DNA of 64,000 nucleotides from Paragordius varius. Its lineage: Eukaryota > Animalia > Nematomorpha. The position numbers and the translations under genes are program-made. The DNA is taken from contig OZ176056.1 of assembly GCA_964247055.1 (NCBI GenBank), forward strand, positions 372,001 to 436,000. The letters run 5' to 3'. Under the pieces are notes generated by a model. That model was not told where the DNA came from, did not search any database, and saw nothing but the letters and a program-made list of their open reading frames with translations. Position 1 is the first letter of the stretch, and each line of letters opens with the position of its first letter. This document shows, piece after piece, positions 14,025-28,116 of this stretch.

Positions 14025-15447
14025 TTAAACTTTGTCCTTAAAAATCGAATATTGGTCACCGGTGAACAAAATTATTTTATATACATTCTCTTAGTAAGAC
14101 TACATCAAAATATAGAGATAGTTTTACAAACTCTTTCATATCCGATTTTTACAACGATATTTTAAAAATTATGGTATTAAACCAGTCGCATCAATACTCA
14201 AGTTAAACTTTGTCCTTAAAAATCGGATATTGGTCACCGGTGAACAAAATTATTTTATATACATTCTCTTAGTAAGACTACATCAAAATATAGAGATAGT
14301 TTGACAAACTCTTTCATATCCGATTTTTACAACGATACTTTAAAAATTAATGTATAAAACTAGTCGTATCAATAAATCGCATCAATACTCAAGTTAAACT
14401 TTGTCCTTAAAAATCGGATATTGGTCACCGGTGAACAAAATTATTTTTTATACATTCTCTTAGTAGGACTACATCAAAATATAGAGATAGTTTGACAAAC
14501 TCTTTCATATTCGATTTTTACAACGATACTTTAAAAATTAATGTGTTAAACTAGTCGCATCAATACTCAATTTAAACTTTGTCCTTAAAAATCGGATATT
14601 GGTCACCGGTGAACAAAATTATTTTTTATACATTCTCTTAGTAAGACTACATCAAAATATAGAGATAGTTTGACAAACTCTTTCATATTCGATTTTTACA
14701 ACGATACTTTAAAAATTAATGTGTTAAACTAGTCGCATCAATACTCAATTTAAACTTTGTCCTTAAAAATCGGATATTGGTCACCGGTGAACAAAATTAT
14801 TTTTTATACATTCTCTTAGTAAGACTACATCAAAATATAGAGATAGTTTTACAAACTCTTTCATATCCGATTTTTACAACGATACTTTAAAAATTAATGT
14901 TTTAAACTAGTCGCATCAATACTCAAGTTAAACTTTGTCCTTAAAAATCGGATATTGGTCACCGGTGAACAAAATAATTTTTTATACATTCTCTTAGTAA
15001 GACTACATCAAAATATAGAGATAGTTTGACAAACTCTTTCATATCCGATTTTTACAAGGATACTTTTTTTTAATTATGGTATTAAACCAGTCGCATCAAT
15101 ACAAGTTAAACTTTGTCCTTAAAAATCGGATATTGGTCACCGGTGAACAAAATTATTTTATATACATTCTCTTAGTAAGACTACATCAAAATATAGAGAT
15201 AGTTTGACAAACTCTTTCATATCCGATTTTTACAACGATACTTTAAAAATTAATGTATAAAACTAGTCGCATCAATACTCAAGCTAAACATTGTCCTTAA
15301 AAATCGGATATTGGTCACCGGTGAACAAAACTATTTTTTATACACTCTCTTAGTAAGACTACATCAAAATATAGAGATAGTTTGACAAACTCTTTCATAT
15401 CCGATTTTTACAACGATACTTTACAATAAATCGCATCAATACTCAAG

Positions 15448-18400
15448 TTAAACTTTGTCCTTAAAAATCGGATATTGGTCACCGGTGAACAAAATTATTT
15501 TATATACATTCTCTTAGTAAGACTACATCAAAATATAGAGATAGTTTGACAAACTCTTTCATATCCGATTTTTACAACGATACTTTAAAAATTAATGTAC
15601 AAAATTAGTCGCATCAATACTCAAGCTAAACATTGTCCTTAAAATCGGATATTGGTCACCGGTGAACAAAACTATTTTTATACATTCTCTTAGTAAGACT
15701 ACATCAAAATATAGAGATAGTTTGACAAACTCTTTCATATCCGATTTTTACAACGATACTTTAAAAATTAATGTATAAAACTAGTCGTATCAATAAATCG
15801 CATCAATACTCAAGTTAAACTTTGTCCTTAAAAATCGGATATTGGTCACCGGTGAACAAAATTATTTTTTATACATTCTCTTAGTAGGACTACATCAAAA
15901 TATAGAGATAGTTTGGCAAACTCTTTCATATCCGATTTTTACAAGATACTTTAAAAATTAATGTATAAAACTAGTCGCATCAATACTCAAGTTAAACTTT
16001 TTCCTTAAAAATCGAATATTGGTCACCGGTGAACAAAATTATTTTTTATACATTCTCTTATTAAGACTACATCAAAATATAGAGATAGTTTGACAAACTC
16101 TTTCATATCCGATTTTTACAACGATACTTTAAAAATTATGGTATTAAACCAGTTGCATCAATACTCAAGTTAAACTTTGTCCTTAAAAATCGGATATTGG
16201 TCACCGGTGAACAAAATTATTTTTTATACTCTTAGTAAGACTACAACAAACTCTTTCATATCCGATTTTTACAACGATACTCTAAAAATTATGGTATTAA
16301 ACCAGTCGCATCAATACTCAAATTAAACTTTGTCCTTAAAAATCGGATATTGGTCACCGGTGAACAAAATTATTTTATATACATTCTCTTAGTAAGACTA
16401 CATCAAAATATAGAGATAGTTTGACAAACTCTTTCATATCCGATTTTTACAAATATACTTTTTTTTAATTATGGTATTAAACCAGTCGCATCAATACTCA
16501 AGTTAAACTTTGTCCTTAAAAATCGGATATTGGTCACCGATGAACAAAATTATTTTTTATACTCTTAGTAAGACTACATCAAAATATAGAGATAGTTTGA
16601 CAAACTCTTTCATATCCGATTTTTACAACGATACTTTAAAAATTAATGTATTAAACTAGTCGCTTCAATACTCAAGTTAAACTTTGTCCTTAAAAATCGG
16701 ATATTGGTCACCGGTGAACAAAATAATTTTTTATACATTCTCTTAGTAAGACTACATCAAAATAGAGATAGTTTGACAAACTCTTTCATATCCGATTTTT
16801 ACAACGATACTTTTTTAAAATTATGGTATTAAACCAGTCGCATCAATACTCAAGTTAAACTTTGTCCTTAAAAATCGGATATTGTTCACCGGTGAACAAA
16901 AATATTTTTTATACTCTTAGTAAGACTACATCAAAATATAGAGATAGTTTGACAAACTCTTTCATATCCGATTTTTACAACGATACTTTAAAAATTATGG
17001 TATTAAACCAGTCGCATCAATACTCAAGTTAAACTTTGTCCTTAAAAATCGGATATTAGTCACCGGTGAACAAAATTATTTTATATACATTCTCTTAGTA
17101 AGACTACATCAAAATATAGAAATAGTTTGACAAACTCTTACATATCCGATTTTTACAACGATACTTTAAAAATTAATGTATAAAACTAGTCGCATCAATA
17201 CTCAAGCTAAACATTGTCCTTAAAAATCGGATATTGGTCACCGGTGAACAAAACTATTTTTTATACATTCTCTTAGTAAGACTACATCAAAATATAGAGA
17301 TAGTTTGACAAACTCTTTCATATCCGATTTTTACAACGATACTTTAAAAATTAATGTATAAAACTAGTCGCATCAATACTCAATTTAAACTTTGTCCTTA
17401 AAAATCGGATATTGGTCACCGGTGAACAAAATTATTTTTTATACATTCTCTTAGTAAGACTACATCAAAATATAGAGATAGTTAGACAAACTCTTTCATA
17501 TCCGATTTTTACAACGATACTTAAAAATTATGGTATTAAACCAGTTGCATCAATACTCAAGTTAAACTTTGTCCTTAAAAATCGGATATTGGTCACCGGT
17601 GAACAAAATTATTTTTTATACTCTTAGTAAGACTACATCAAAATATAGAGATAGTTTGACAAACTCTTTCATATCCGATTTTTACAACGATACTCTAAAA
17701 ATTATGGTATTAAACCAGTCGCATCAATACTCAAATTAAACTTTGTCCTTAAAAATCGGATATTGGTCACCGGTGAACAAAATTATTTTATATACATTCT
17801 CTTAGTAAGACTACATCAAAATATAGAGATAGTTTGACAAACTCTTTCATATCCGATTTTTACAAATATACTTTTTTTTAATTATGGTATTAAACCAGTC
17901 GCATCAATACTCAGTTAAACTTTGTCCTTAAAAATCGGATATTGGTCACCGGTGAACAAAATTATTTTATATACATTCTCTTAGTAAGACTACATCAAAA
18001 TATAGAGATAGTTTGACAAACTCTTTCATATCCGATTTTTACAACGATACTTTAAAAATTAATGTACAAAATTAGTCGCATCAATACTCAAGCTAAACAT
18101 TGTCCTTAAAATCGGATATTGGTCACCGGTGAACAAAACTATTTTTATACATTCTCTTAGTAAGACTACATCAAAATATAGAGATAGTTTGACAAACTCT
18201 TTCATATCCGATTTTTACAACGATACTTTAAAAATTAATGTATAAAACTAGTCGTATCAATAAATCGCATCAATACTCAAGTTAAACTTTGTCCTTAAAA
18301 ATCGGATATTGGTCACCGGTGAACAAAATTATTTTTTATACATTCTCTTAGTAGGACTACATCAAAATATAGAGATAGTTTGGCAAACTCTTTCATATCC

Positions 18401-19872
18401 GATTTTTACAAGATACTTTAAAAATTAATGTATAAAACTAGTCGCATCAATACTCAAGTTTAACTTTTTCCTTAAAAATCGAATATTGGTCACCGGTGAA
18501 CAAAATTATTTTTTATACATTCTCTTAGTAAGACTACATCAAAATATAGAGATAGTTTGACAAACTCTTTCATATCCGATTTTTACAACGATACTTTAAA
18601 AATTATGGTATTAAACCAGTTGCATCAATACTCAAGTTAAACTTTGTCCTTAAAAATCGGATATTGGTCACCGGTGAACAAAATTATTTTTTATACTCTT
18701 AGTAAGACTACATCAAAATATAGAGATAGTTTGACAAACTCTTTCATATCCGATTTTTACAACGATACTCTAAAAATTATGGTATTAAACCAGTCGCATC
18801 AATACTCAAATTAAACTTTGTCCTTAAAAATCGGATATTGGTCACCGGTGAACAAAATTATTTTATATACATTCTCTTAGTAAGACTACATCAAAATATA
18901 GAGATAGTTTGACAAACTCTTTCATATCCGATTTTTACAAATATACTTTTTTTTAATTATGGTATTAAACCAGTCGCATCAATACTCAAGTTAAACTTTG
19001 TCCTTAAAAATCGGATATTGGTCACCGATGAACAAAATTATTTTTTATACTCTTAGTAAGACTACATCAAAATATAGAGATAGTTTGACAAACTCTTTCA
19101 TATCCGATTTTTACAACGATACTTTAAAAATTAATGTATTAAACTAGTCGCTTCAATACTCAAGTTAAACTTTGTCCTTAAAAATCGGATATTGGTCACC
19201 GGTGAACAAAATAATTTTTTATACATTCTCTTAGTAAGACTACATCAAAATAGAGATAGTTTGACAAACTCTTTCATATCCGATTTTTACAACGATACTT
19301 TTTTAAAATTATGGTATTAAACCAGTCGCATCAATACTCAAGTTAAACTTTGTCCTTAAAAATCGGATATTGTTCACCGGTGAACAAAAATATTTTTTAT
19401 ACTCTTAGTAAGACTACATCAAAATATAGAGATAGTTTGACAAACTCTTTCATATCCGATTTTTACAACGATACTTTAAAAATTATGGTATTAAACCAGT
19501 CGCATCAATACTCAAGTTAAACTTTGTCCTTAAAAATATGATATTAGTCACCGGTGAACAAAATTATTTTATATACATTCTCTTAGTAAGACTACATCAA
19601 AATATAGAAATAGTTTGACAAACTCTTTCATATCCGATTTTTACAACGATACTTTAAAAATTAATGTATAAAACTAGTCGCATCAATACTCAAGCTAAAC
19701 ATTGTCCTTAAAAATCGGATATTGGTCACCGGTGAACAAAACTATTTTTTATACATTCTCTTAGTAAGACTACATCAAAATATAGAGATAGTTTGACAAA
19801 CTCTTTCATATCCGATTTTTACAACGATACTTTAAAAATTAATGTATAAAACTAGTCGCATCAATACTCAAT
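15448..19872. repeat. Higher-order repeat, 14 monomers (about 2488 bp), about 1.8 copies
   Basis: 15448 onward matches 17915 onward monomer by monomer (GTACAAAATTAG, 189-bp, 177-bp, TTTTTCC, CCGATG monomers). Marker monomers at 16855 and 19343 are 2488 bp apart. Confidence 0.85.
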
Positions 19873-22800
19873 TTAAACTTTGTCCTTAAATATCGGATAT
19901 TGGTCACCGGTGAACAAAATTATTTTTTATACATTCTCTTAGTAAGACTACATCAAAATATAGAGATAGTTTTACAAACTCTTTCATATCCGATTTTTAC
20001 AACGATACTTTAAAAATTAATGTATTAAACTAGTCGCATCAATACTCAAGTTAAACTTTGTCCTTAAAAATCGGATATTGGTCACCGGTGAACAAAATTA
20101 TTTTATATACATTCTCTTAGTAAGACTACATCAAAATATAGAAATAGTTTGACAAACTCTTTCATATCCGATTTTTACAAAGATACTTTAAAAATTAATG
20201 TATAAAACTAGTCGCATCAATACTCAAGCTAAACATTGTCCTTAAAAATCGGAAATTGGTCACCGGTGAACAAAACTATTTTTTATACATTCTCTTAGTA
20301 AGATTACATCAAAATATAGAGATAGTTTGACAAACTCTTTCATATCCGATTTTTACAACGATACTTTAAAAATTAATTCATAAAACTAGTCGTATCAATA
20401 AATCGCATCAATACTCAAGTTAAACTTTGTCCTTAAAAATCGGATATTGGTCACCGGTGAACAAAATTATTTTTTATATATTCTCTTAGTGACTACATCA
20501 AAATATAGAGATAGTTTGGCAAACTCTTTTATATCCGATTTTTACAACGATACTTTAAAAATTAATGTATAAAACTAGTCGCATCAATACTCAAGTTAAA
20601 CTTTGTCCTTAAAAATCGAATATTGGTCACCGGTGAACAAAATTATTTTTTATACATTCTCTTAGTAAGACTACATCAAAATATAGAGATAGTTTGACAA
20701 ACTCTTTCATATCCGATTTTTACAACGATACTTTAAAAATTAATGTGTTACACTAGTCGCATCAATACTCAATTTAAACTTTGTCCTTAAAAATCGAATA
20801 TTGGTCACCGGTGAACAAAATTATTTTTTATACATTCTCTTAGTAAGACTACATCAAAATATAGAGATAGTTTGACAAACTCTTTCATATCCGATTTTTA
20901 CAACGATACTTTAAAAATTAATGTGTTAAACTAGTCGCATCAATACTCAATTTAAACTTTGTCCTTAAAAATCGGATATTGGTCACCGGTGAACAAAATT
21001 ATTTTATATACATTCTCTTAGTAACACTACATCAAAATATAGAGATAGTTTTACAAACTCTTTCATATCCGATTTTTACAACGATACTTTAAAAATTAAT
21101 GTATTAAACTAGTCGCATCAATACTCAAGTTAAACTTTGTCCTTAAAAATCGGATATTGGTCACCGGTGAACAAAATTATTTTATATACATTCTCTTAGT
21201 AAGACTACATCAAAATATAGAGATAGTTTTACAAACTCTTTCATATCCGATTTTTACAACGATACTTTAAAAATTAATGTATTAAACTAGTCGCATCAAT
21301 ACTCAAGTTAAACTTTGTCCTTAAAAATCGGATATTGGTCACCGGTGAACAAAATAATTTTTTATACATTCTCTTAGTAAGACTACATCAAAATATAGAA
21401 ATAGTTTGACAAACTCTTTCATATGCGATTTTTACAACGATACTTTAAAAATAAATGTATAAAACTAGTCGTATCAATAAATCGCATCAATACTCAAGTT
21501 AAACTTTGTCCTTAAAAATCGGATATTGGTCACCGGTGAACAAAATTATTTTTTATACATTCTCTTAGTAGGACTACATCAAAATACAGAGATAGTTTGG
21601 CAAACTCTTTCATATCCGATTTTTACAATGATACTTTAAAAATTAATGTATAAAACTAGTCGCATCAATACTCAAGTTAAACTTTGTCCTTAAAAATCGA
21701 ATATTGGTCACCGGTGAACAAAATTATTTTTTATACATTCTCTTAGTAAGACTACATCAAAATATAGAGATAGTTTGACAAACTCTTTCATATCCGAGTT
21801 TTACAACGATACTTTAAAAATTAATGTGTTAAACTAATCGCATCAATACTCAATTTAAACTTTGTCCTTAAAAATCGGATATTGGTCACCGGTGAACAAA
21901 ATTATTTTTTATACATTCTCTTAGTAAGACTACATCAAAATATAGAGATAGTTTGACAAACTCTTTCATATCCGATTTTTACAACGATACTTTAAAAATT
22001 AATGTGTTACACTAGTCGCATCAATACTCAAGTTAAACTTTGTCCTTAAAAATATGATATTAGTCACCGGTGAACAAAATTATTTTATATACATTCTCTT
22101 AGTAAGACTACATCAAAATATAGAAATAGTTTGACAAACTCTTTCATATCCGATTTTTACAACGATACTTTAAAAATTAATGTATAAAACTAGTCGCATC
22201 AATACTCAAGCTAAACATTGTCCTTAAAAATCGGATATTGGTCACCGGTGAACAAAACTATTTTTTATACATTCTCTTAGTAAGACTACATCAAAATATA
22301 GAGATAGTTTGACAAACTCTTTCATATCCGATTTTTACAACGATACTTTAAAAATTAATGTATAAAACTAGTCGCATCAATACTCAATTTAAACTTTGTC
22401 CTTAAATATCGGATATTGGTCACCGGTGAACAAAATTATTTTTTATACATTCTCTTAGTAAGACTACATCAAAATATAGAGATAGTTTTACAAACTCTTT
22501 CATATCCGATTTTTACAACGATACTTTAAAAATTAATGTATTAAACTAGTCGCATCAATACTCAAGTTAAACTTGGTCCTTAATAATCGGATATTGGTCA
22601 CCGGTGAACAAAATTATTTTATATACATTCTCTTAGTAAGACTACATCAAAATATAGAAATAGTTTGACAAACTCTTTCATATCCGATTTTTACAAAGAT
22701 ACTTTAAAAATTAATGTATAAAACTAGTCGCATCAATACTCAAGCTAAACATTGTCCTTAAAAATCGGAAATTGGTCACCGGTGAACAAAACTATTTTTT

Positions 22801-25800
22801 ATACATTCTCTTAGTAAGACTACATCAAAATATAGAGATAGTTTGACAAACTCTTTCATATCCGATTTTTACAACGATACTTTAAAAATTAATTCATAAA
22901 ACTAGTCGTATCAATAAATCGCATCAATACTCAAGTTAAACTTTGTCCTTAAAAATCGGATATTGGTCACCGGTGAACAAAATTATTTTTTATATATTCT
23001 CTTAGTGACTACATCAAAATATAGAGATAGTTTGGCAAACTCTTTTATATCCGATTTTTACAACGATACTTTAAAAATTAATGTATAAAACTAGTCGCAT
23101 CAATACTCAAGTTAAACTTTGTCCTTAAAAATCGAATATTGGTCACCGGTGAACAAAATTATTTTTTATACATTCTCTTAGTAAGACTACATCAAAATAT
23201 AGAGATAGTTTGACAAACTCTTTCATATCCGATTTTTACAACGATACTTTAAAAATTAATGTGTTACACTAGTCGCATCAATACTCAATTTAAACTTTGT
23301 CCTTAAAAATCGAATATTGGTCACCGGTGAACAAAATTATTTTTTATACATTCTCTTAGTAAGACTACATCAAAATATAGAGATAGTTTGACAAACTCTT
23401 TCATATCCGATTTTTACAACGATACTTTAAAAATTAATGTGTTAAACTAGTCGCATCAATACTCAATTTAAACTTTGTCCTTAAAAATCGGATATTGGTC
23501 ACCGGTGAACAAAATTATTTTATATACATTCTCTTAGTAAGACTACATCAAAATATAGAGATAGTTTTACAAACTCTTTCATATCCGATTTTTACAACGA
23601 TACTTTAAAAATTAATGTATTAAACTAGTCGCATCAATACTCAAGTTAAACTTTGTCCTTAAAAATCGGATATTGGTCACCGGTGAACAAAATTATTTTA
23701 TATACATTCTCTTAGTAAGACTACATCAAAATATAGAGATAGTTTTACAAACTCTTTCATATCCGATTTTTACAACGATACTTTAAAAATTAATGTATTA
23801 AACTAGTCGCATCAATACTCAAGTTAAACTTTGTCCTTAAAAATCGGATATTGGTCACCGGTGAACAAAATAATTTTTTATACATTCTCTTAGTAAGACT
23901 ACATCAAAATATAGAAATAGTTTGACAAACTCTTTCATATGCGATTTTTACAACGATACTTTAAAAATAAATGTATAAAACTAGTCGTATCAATAAATCG
24001 CATCAATACTCAAGTTAAACTTTGTCCTTAAAAATCGGATATTGGTCACCGGTGAACAAAATTATTTTTTATACATTCTCTTAGTAGGACTACATCAAAA
24101 TACAGAGATAGTTTGGCAAACTCTTTCATATCCGATTTTTACAATGATACTTTAAAAATTAATGTATAAAACTAGTCGCATCAATACTCAAGTTAAACTT
24201 TGTCCTTAAAAATCGAATATTGGTCACCGGTGAACAAAATTATTTTTTATACATTCTCTTAGTAAGACTACATCAAAATATAGAGATAGTTTGACAAACT
24301 CTTTCATATCCGAGTTTTACAACGATACTTTAAAAATTAATGTGTTAAACTAATCGCATCAATACTCAATTTAAACTTTGTCCTTAAAAATCGGATATTG
24401 GTCACCGGTGAACAAAATTATTTTTTATACATTCTCTTAGTAAGACTACATCAAAATATAGAGATAGTCTTACAAACTCTTTCATATCCGATTTTTACAA
24501 CGATACTTTAAAAATTAATGTATTAAACTAGTTGCTTCAATACTCAAGTTAAACTTTGTCCTTAAAAATCGGATATTGGTCACCGGTGAACAAAATAATT
24601 TTTTATACATTCTCCTAGTAAGACTACATCAAAATAGAGATAGTTTGACAAACTCTTTCATATCCGATTTTTACAACGATACTTTTTTAAAATTATGGTA
24701 TTAAACCAGTCGCATCAATACTCAAGTTAAACTTTGTCCTTAAAAATCGGATATTGTTCACCGGTGAACAAAAATATTTTTTATACTCTTAGTAAGACTA
24801 CATCAAAATATAGAGAGAGTTTGACAAACTCTTTCATATCCGATTTTTACAACGATACTTTAAAAATTATGGTATTAAACCAGTCGCATCAATACTCAAG
24901 TTAAACTTTGTCCTTAAAAATCGGATATTAGTCACCGGTGAACAAAATTATTTTATATACATTCTCTTAGTAAGACTACATCAAAATATAGAGATAGTTT
25001 GACAAACTCTTTCATATCCGATTTTTACAACGATACTTTAAAAATTAATTCATAAAACTAGTCGTATCAATAAATCGCATCAATACTCAAGTTAAACTTT
25101 GTCCTTAAAAATCGGATATTGGTCACCGGTGAACAAAATTATTTTTTATATATTCTCTTAGTGACTACATCAAAATATAGAGATAGTTTGGCAAACTCTT
25201 TTATATCCGATTTTTACAACGATACTTTAAAAATTAATGTATAAAACTAGTCGCATCAATACTCAAGTTAAACTTTGTCCTTAAAAATCGAATATTGGTC
25301 ACCGGTGAACAAAATTATTTTTTATACATTCTCTTAGTAAGACTACATCAAAATATAGAGATAGTTTGACAAACTCTTTCATATCCGATTTTTACAACGA
25401 TACTTTAAAAATTAATGTGTTAAACTAGTCGCATCAATACTCAATTTAAACTTTGTCCTTAAAAATCGAATATTGGTCACCGGTGAACAAAATTATTTTT
25501 TATACATTCTCTTAGTAAGACTACATCAAAATATAGAGATAGTTTGACAAACTCTTTCATATCCGATTTTTACAACGATACTTTAAAAATTAATGTGTTA
25601 AACTAGTCGCATCAATACTCAATTTAAACTTTGTCCTTAAAAATCGGATATTGGTCACCGGTGAACAAAATTATTTTATATACATTCTCTTAGTAAGACT
25701 ACATCAAAATATAGAGATAGTTTTACAAACTCTTTCATATCCGATTTTTACAACGATACTTTAAAAATTAATGTATTAAACTAGTCGCATCAATACTCAA

Positions 25801-26348
25801 GTTAAACTTTGTCCTTAAAAATCGGATATTGGTCACCGGTGAACAAAATTATTTTATATACATTCTCTTAGTAAGACTACATCAAAATATAGAGATAGTT
25901 TTACAAACTCTTTCATATCCGATTTTTACAACGATACTTTAAAAATTAATGTATTAAACTAGTCGCATCAATACTCAAGTTAAACTTTGTCCTTAAAAAT
26001 CGGATATTGGTCACCGGTGAACAAAATAATTTTTTATACATTCTCTTAGTAAGACTACATCAAAATATAGAAATAGTTTGACAAACTCTTTCATATGCGA
26101 TTTTTACAACGATACTTTAAAAATAAATGTATAAAACTAGTCGTATCAATAAATCGCATCAATACTCAAGTTAAACTTTGTCCTTAAAAATCGGATATTG
26201 GTCACCGGTGAACAAAATTATTTTTTATACATTCTCTTAGTAGGACTACATCAAAATACAGAGATAGTTTGGCAAACTCTTTCATATCCGATTTTTACAA
26301 TGATACTTTTAAAATTAATGTATAAAACTAGTCGCATCAATACTCAAG
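19517..26348. repeat. Higher-order repeat, 14 monomers (2516 bp), two copies plus a truncated third
   Basis: The AATATGATATTAG monomer starts at 19517 and 22033. Shared TAAATATCGG, AATTCATAAAA, TAGTGACTAC, ATATGCGAT and CCGAGTTTT. A partial third copy lies at 24901-26348. Confidence 0.85.
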
Positions 26349-27973
26349 TTAAACTTTGTCCTTAAAAATCGGATATTGGTCACCGGTGAACAAAATTATT
26401 TTATATACATTCTCTTAGTAAGACTACATCAAAATATAGAGATAGTTTGACAAACTCTTTCATATCCGATTTTTACAACGATACTTTAAAAATTAATGTA
26501 TAAAACTAGTCGCATCAATACTCAAGCTAAACATTGTCCTTAAAAACGGATATTGGTCACCGGTGAACAAAACTATTTTTTATACATTCTCTTAGTAAGA
26601 CTACATCAAAATATAGAGATAGTTTGACAAACTCTTTCATATCCGATTTTTACAACGATACTTTAAAATATATGTGTTAAACTAGTCGCATCAATACTCA
26701 ATTTAAACTTTGTCCTTAAAAATCGGATATTGGTCATCGGTGAACAAAATTATTTTTTATACATTCTCTTAGTTAGACTACATCAAAATATAGAGATAGT
26801 TTTACAAACTCTTTCATATCCGATTTTTACAACGATACTTTAAAAATTAATGTATTAAACTAGTCGCATCAATACTCATGTTAAACTTTGTCCTTAAAAA
26901 TCGGATATTGGTCACCGGTGAACAAAATAATTTTTTATACATTCTCTTAGTAAGACTTCATCAAAATATAGAGATAGTTTGACAAACTCTTTCATATCCG
27001 ATTTTCACAACGATATTTTTTTAAAATTATGGTATTAAACCAGTCGCATCAATACTAAAGTTAAACTTTGTCCTTAAAAATCGGATATTGGTCACCGGTG
27101 AACAAAATTATTTTTTATACTCTTAGTAAGACTACATCAAAATATAGAGATAGTTTGACAAACTGTTTCATATCCGATTTTTACAACAATACTTTAAAAA
27201 TTATGGTATTAAACCAGTCGCATCAATACTCAAGTTAAACTTTGTCCTTAAAAATCGGATATTGGTCACCGGTGAACACAATTATTTTATATACATTCTC
27301 TTAGTATGACTACATCAAAATATAGAGATAGTTTGACAAACTCTTTCATATCCGATTTTTACAACGATACTTTAAAAATATAATGTATAAAAATAGTCGT
27401 ATCAATAAATCGCATCAATACTCAAGTTAAACTTTGTCCTTAAAAATCGGATATTGGTCACCGGTGAACAAAATTATTTTTTATACATTCTCTTAGTAGG
27501 ACTACATCAAAATATATAGATAGTTTGGCAAACTCTTTCATATCCGATTTTTACAACGATACTTTAAAAATTAATGTATAAAACTAGTCGCATCAATACT
27601 CAAGCTAAACATTGTCCTTAAAAATCGAATATTGGTCACGGGTGAACAAAATTATTTTTTATACATTCTCTTAGTAAGACTACATCAAAATATAGAAATA
27701 GTTTGACAAACTCTTTCATATCCGATTTTTACAACGATACTTAAAAATTAATGTATTAAACTAGTCGCATCAATACTCAAGCTAAACATTGTAATTAAAA
27801 ATCGGATATTGGTCACCGGTGAACAAAATTATTTTTTATACATTCTCTTAGTAAGACTACATCAAAATATAGAGATAGTTTGACAAACTCTTTCATATTC
27901 GATTTTTACAACGATACTTTAAAAATTAATGTGTTAAACTAGTCGCATCAATACTCAATTTAAACTTTGTCCT

Positions 27974-28086
27974 TAAAAATCGGATATTGGTCACCGGTGA
28001 ACAAAATTATTTTTTATACATTCTCTTAGTAAGACTACATCAAAATATAGAGATAGTTTGACAAACTCTTTCATATCCGATTTTTA
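27974..28086. repeat. Perfect 14-bp inverted repeat within the monomer (TAAAAATCGGATAT ... ATATCCGATTTTTA)
   Basis: Left arm 27974-27987 (monomer 15-28) is the exact reverse complement of right arm 28073-28086 (monomer 114-127). Present in most monomers. Confidence 0.95.
27987..28004. other. 18-bp quasi-palindrome TTGGTCACCGGTGAACAA with perfect 10-bp core TCACCGGTGA
   Basis: Read directly. There is one mismatched pair (G at monomer 31 opposite A at 42). It is the most GC-rich patch of the monomer. Confidence 0.95.
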
Positions 28087-28116
28087 CAACGATACTTTAA
28101 AAATTAATGTATAAAA
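28012..28116. repeat. Second perfect inverted repeat, 11 bp (TTTTATACATT ... AATGTATAAAA), enclosing the AGTTTG-A-CAAACT hairpin
   Basis: Arms at 28012-28022 and 28106-28116 (monomer 53-63 and 147-157); hairpin at 28055-28067. This repeat is broken in many variant monomers. Confidence 0.85.

Noticed and set aside
17412-17627. 71-aa ORF from the supplied track
   Set aside because: It is the satellite read in frame. A 1-bp deletion makes this monomer 177 bp (59-codon period, so VTGEQNYFLY repeats) and a TGA-to-AGA change removes a stop. It has a non-ATG start, no recognisable domain, and the frame is closed in the other monomers.
27974-28004. CENP-B box
   Set aside because: The TTCG-N4-A-N2-CGGG spacing is not met on either strand, including in the AAAATTCGG and CACGGG variants.
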